Source: Fibrobacter sp.
GTDB lineage: Bacteria > Fibrobacterota > Fibrobacteria > Fibrobacterales > Fibrobacteraceae
DNA: 64,000 bases
Direction of reading: 5' to 3'
Assembly: GCA_017959225.1 (NCBI GenBank)
Contig: JAGDBD010000045.1
Coordinates: 16,965-80,964, forward strand
Positions 63,026-64,000 of the stretch are shown here, piece by piece (position 1 is the stretch's first letter; every line of letters starts with the position of its first letter). The notes beneath the pieces were generated by a model. The model saw only the letters and a program-made list of their open reading frames with translations, made no database searches and had not been told where the DNA came from. A program made the position numbers and the translations under genes.

Positions 63026-64000
63026 TTAGCCGTTTTGTGCCTGTGCTCGTTTAGCCTGTTCTTCTCTTAAGCGTCTGCGGGCTCGACTGCCGAGTCTTTT
63101 ACCCGTGTGGGTTTTGGGCGTCGGGGCTTTTGGCGCTTGGGCGGCAGGTGCTTTTCGTCCACCGAACTTTCCGGTGCGCCAACGAGAATTTCGGGCTTCG
63201 CTTTCCGGAGTTTCTTTTTGCGGTGGGGGAAGCTTTTCAAAAATCGCCTGATCGCCTTCCGGAATTTGGATGCGGGTCAGTTTTTCGATGGCGCGCAAAT
63301 CCTGTTCTTCATCTGGTGCGCAGAACGAAATAGCGACGCCTTCGCGGCCTGCTCGGGCTGTGCGTCCAATGCGATGCACAAATGTTTCTGGAACATCGGG
63401 CAGGTCGTAGTTAAACACGTGAGTCACGTTATCTACGTCGATTCCGCGGGCGGCAATGTCCGTGGCGACGAGAACGCGGATCTGTTCCGTTTTAAAATTT
63501 CCGAGAGCTTCTTGGCGGCGGTTTTGACTCTTGTTGCCGTGAATCGCAGCACAGGTAACCTTTGCCTTTTCGAGAACGCGTACGATTTTATCAGCACCGT
63601 GCTTTGTACGAGAAAAGACAAGAACCTTTTTCATTTCCGGATGCTCTAAAAGCATTTCTTTAAGCAGAGCTCCCTTGCGACGTTTGTCGATGCGGTAAAG
63701 CTCTTGGCGAATGCGTTCAATGGGCGTGCTTTGCGGTGCAACTTCGACTCGAACCGGATTTGTGCGGAGAATGGTTGCAGCAAGCTTTGTGATTTCGGGC
63801 GGCATCGTTGCGCTGAAGAACAGGTTCTCTCGCTTTTGCGGAAGCTGTGCCACGACCTTTTTGATGTCGTGGATAAAGCCCATGTCGAGCATACGGTCTG
63901 CTTCATCGAGAACAAAATATTCAAGCTTTTTTAAACTGACGACGCGTTGATTGATTAAATCCAAAAGACGCCCTGGCGTTGCAATCAAGGTGTCTACGCC
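63026..64000 (-). CDS. DEAD-box RNA helicase (RhlE-like); 5' end lies beyond the window
   Basis: ATPGRL, LDEADRMLDMGF, SAT, ATDIAARGID and HRIGRTARAG; the frame stays open to 64000. Confidence 0.95.
   Translation of the reverse strand, partial: GVDTLIATPGRLLDLINQRVVSLKKLEYFVLDEADRMLDMGFIHDIKKVVAQLPQKRENLFFSATMPPEITKLAATILRTNPVRVEVAPQSTPIERIRQELYRIDKRRKGALLKEMLLEHPEMKKVLVFSRTKHGADKIVRVLEKAKVTCAAIHGNKSQNRRQEALGNFKTEQIRVLVATDIAARGIDVDNVTHVFNYDLPDVPETFVHRIGRTARAGREGVAISFCAPDEEQDLRAIEKLTRIQIPEGDQAIFEKLPPPQKETPESEARNSRWRTGKFGGRKAPAAQAPKAPTPKTHTGKRLGSRARRRLREEQAKRAQAQNG

Overview
This is a 64-kb bacterial chromosomal segment. It is most likely Fibrobacterota (Fibrobacter/Hallerella-like), inferred from a Fib_succ_major/FISUMP lipoprotein, a CotH lipoprotein, a GH5 enzyme, T9SS-like C-terminal tails and TAnnTTTG-type promoters. 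Left to right it carries: the 5' end of aqpZ; lysA coupled to a histone-H1-like/CBM48 protein; rpe; a ~14.5-kb aryl-polyene (ape)-type fatty-acid/PKS-II cluster; lysC; a sigma-54 activator with no regulatory domain; pta; a TPR-like gene, a small ORF, pfkA, a two-component pair and an OMP gene; rarA; a beta-helix protein; a patatin; a 13-gene complex I operon (nuoB-N, no nuoA); and a palindrome-bracketed block of secreted proteins. After that come ispF, a NUDIX gene, a serine hydrolase, an OMP, GH5, trpB2, xth, a YidE-type transporter, a FISUMP lipoprotein, a LysR regulator, a CotH kinase, an iron-sulfur flavoprotein and a partial DEAD-box helicase. I saw no rRNA, tRNA, CRISPR array, integrase or transposase. 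The best novelty candidates are (i) a putative glycogen-granule/nucleoid tether, (ii) a pair of secreted-protein cassettes with conserved ends and unrelated cores behind a CBM3-like/papain-like multidomain gene, bracketed by inverted REP-like half-sites, and (iii) a remodelled complex I. All domain calls were made by eye from motifs; no searches were run.
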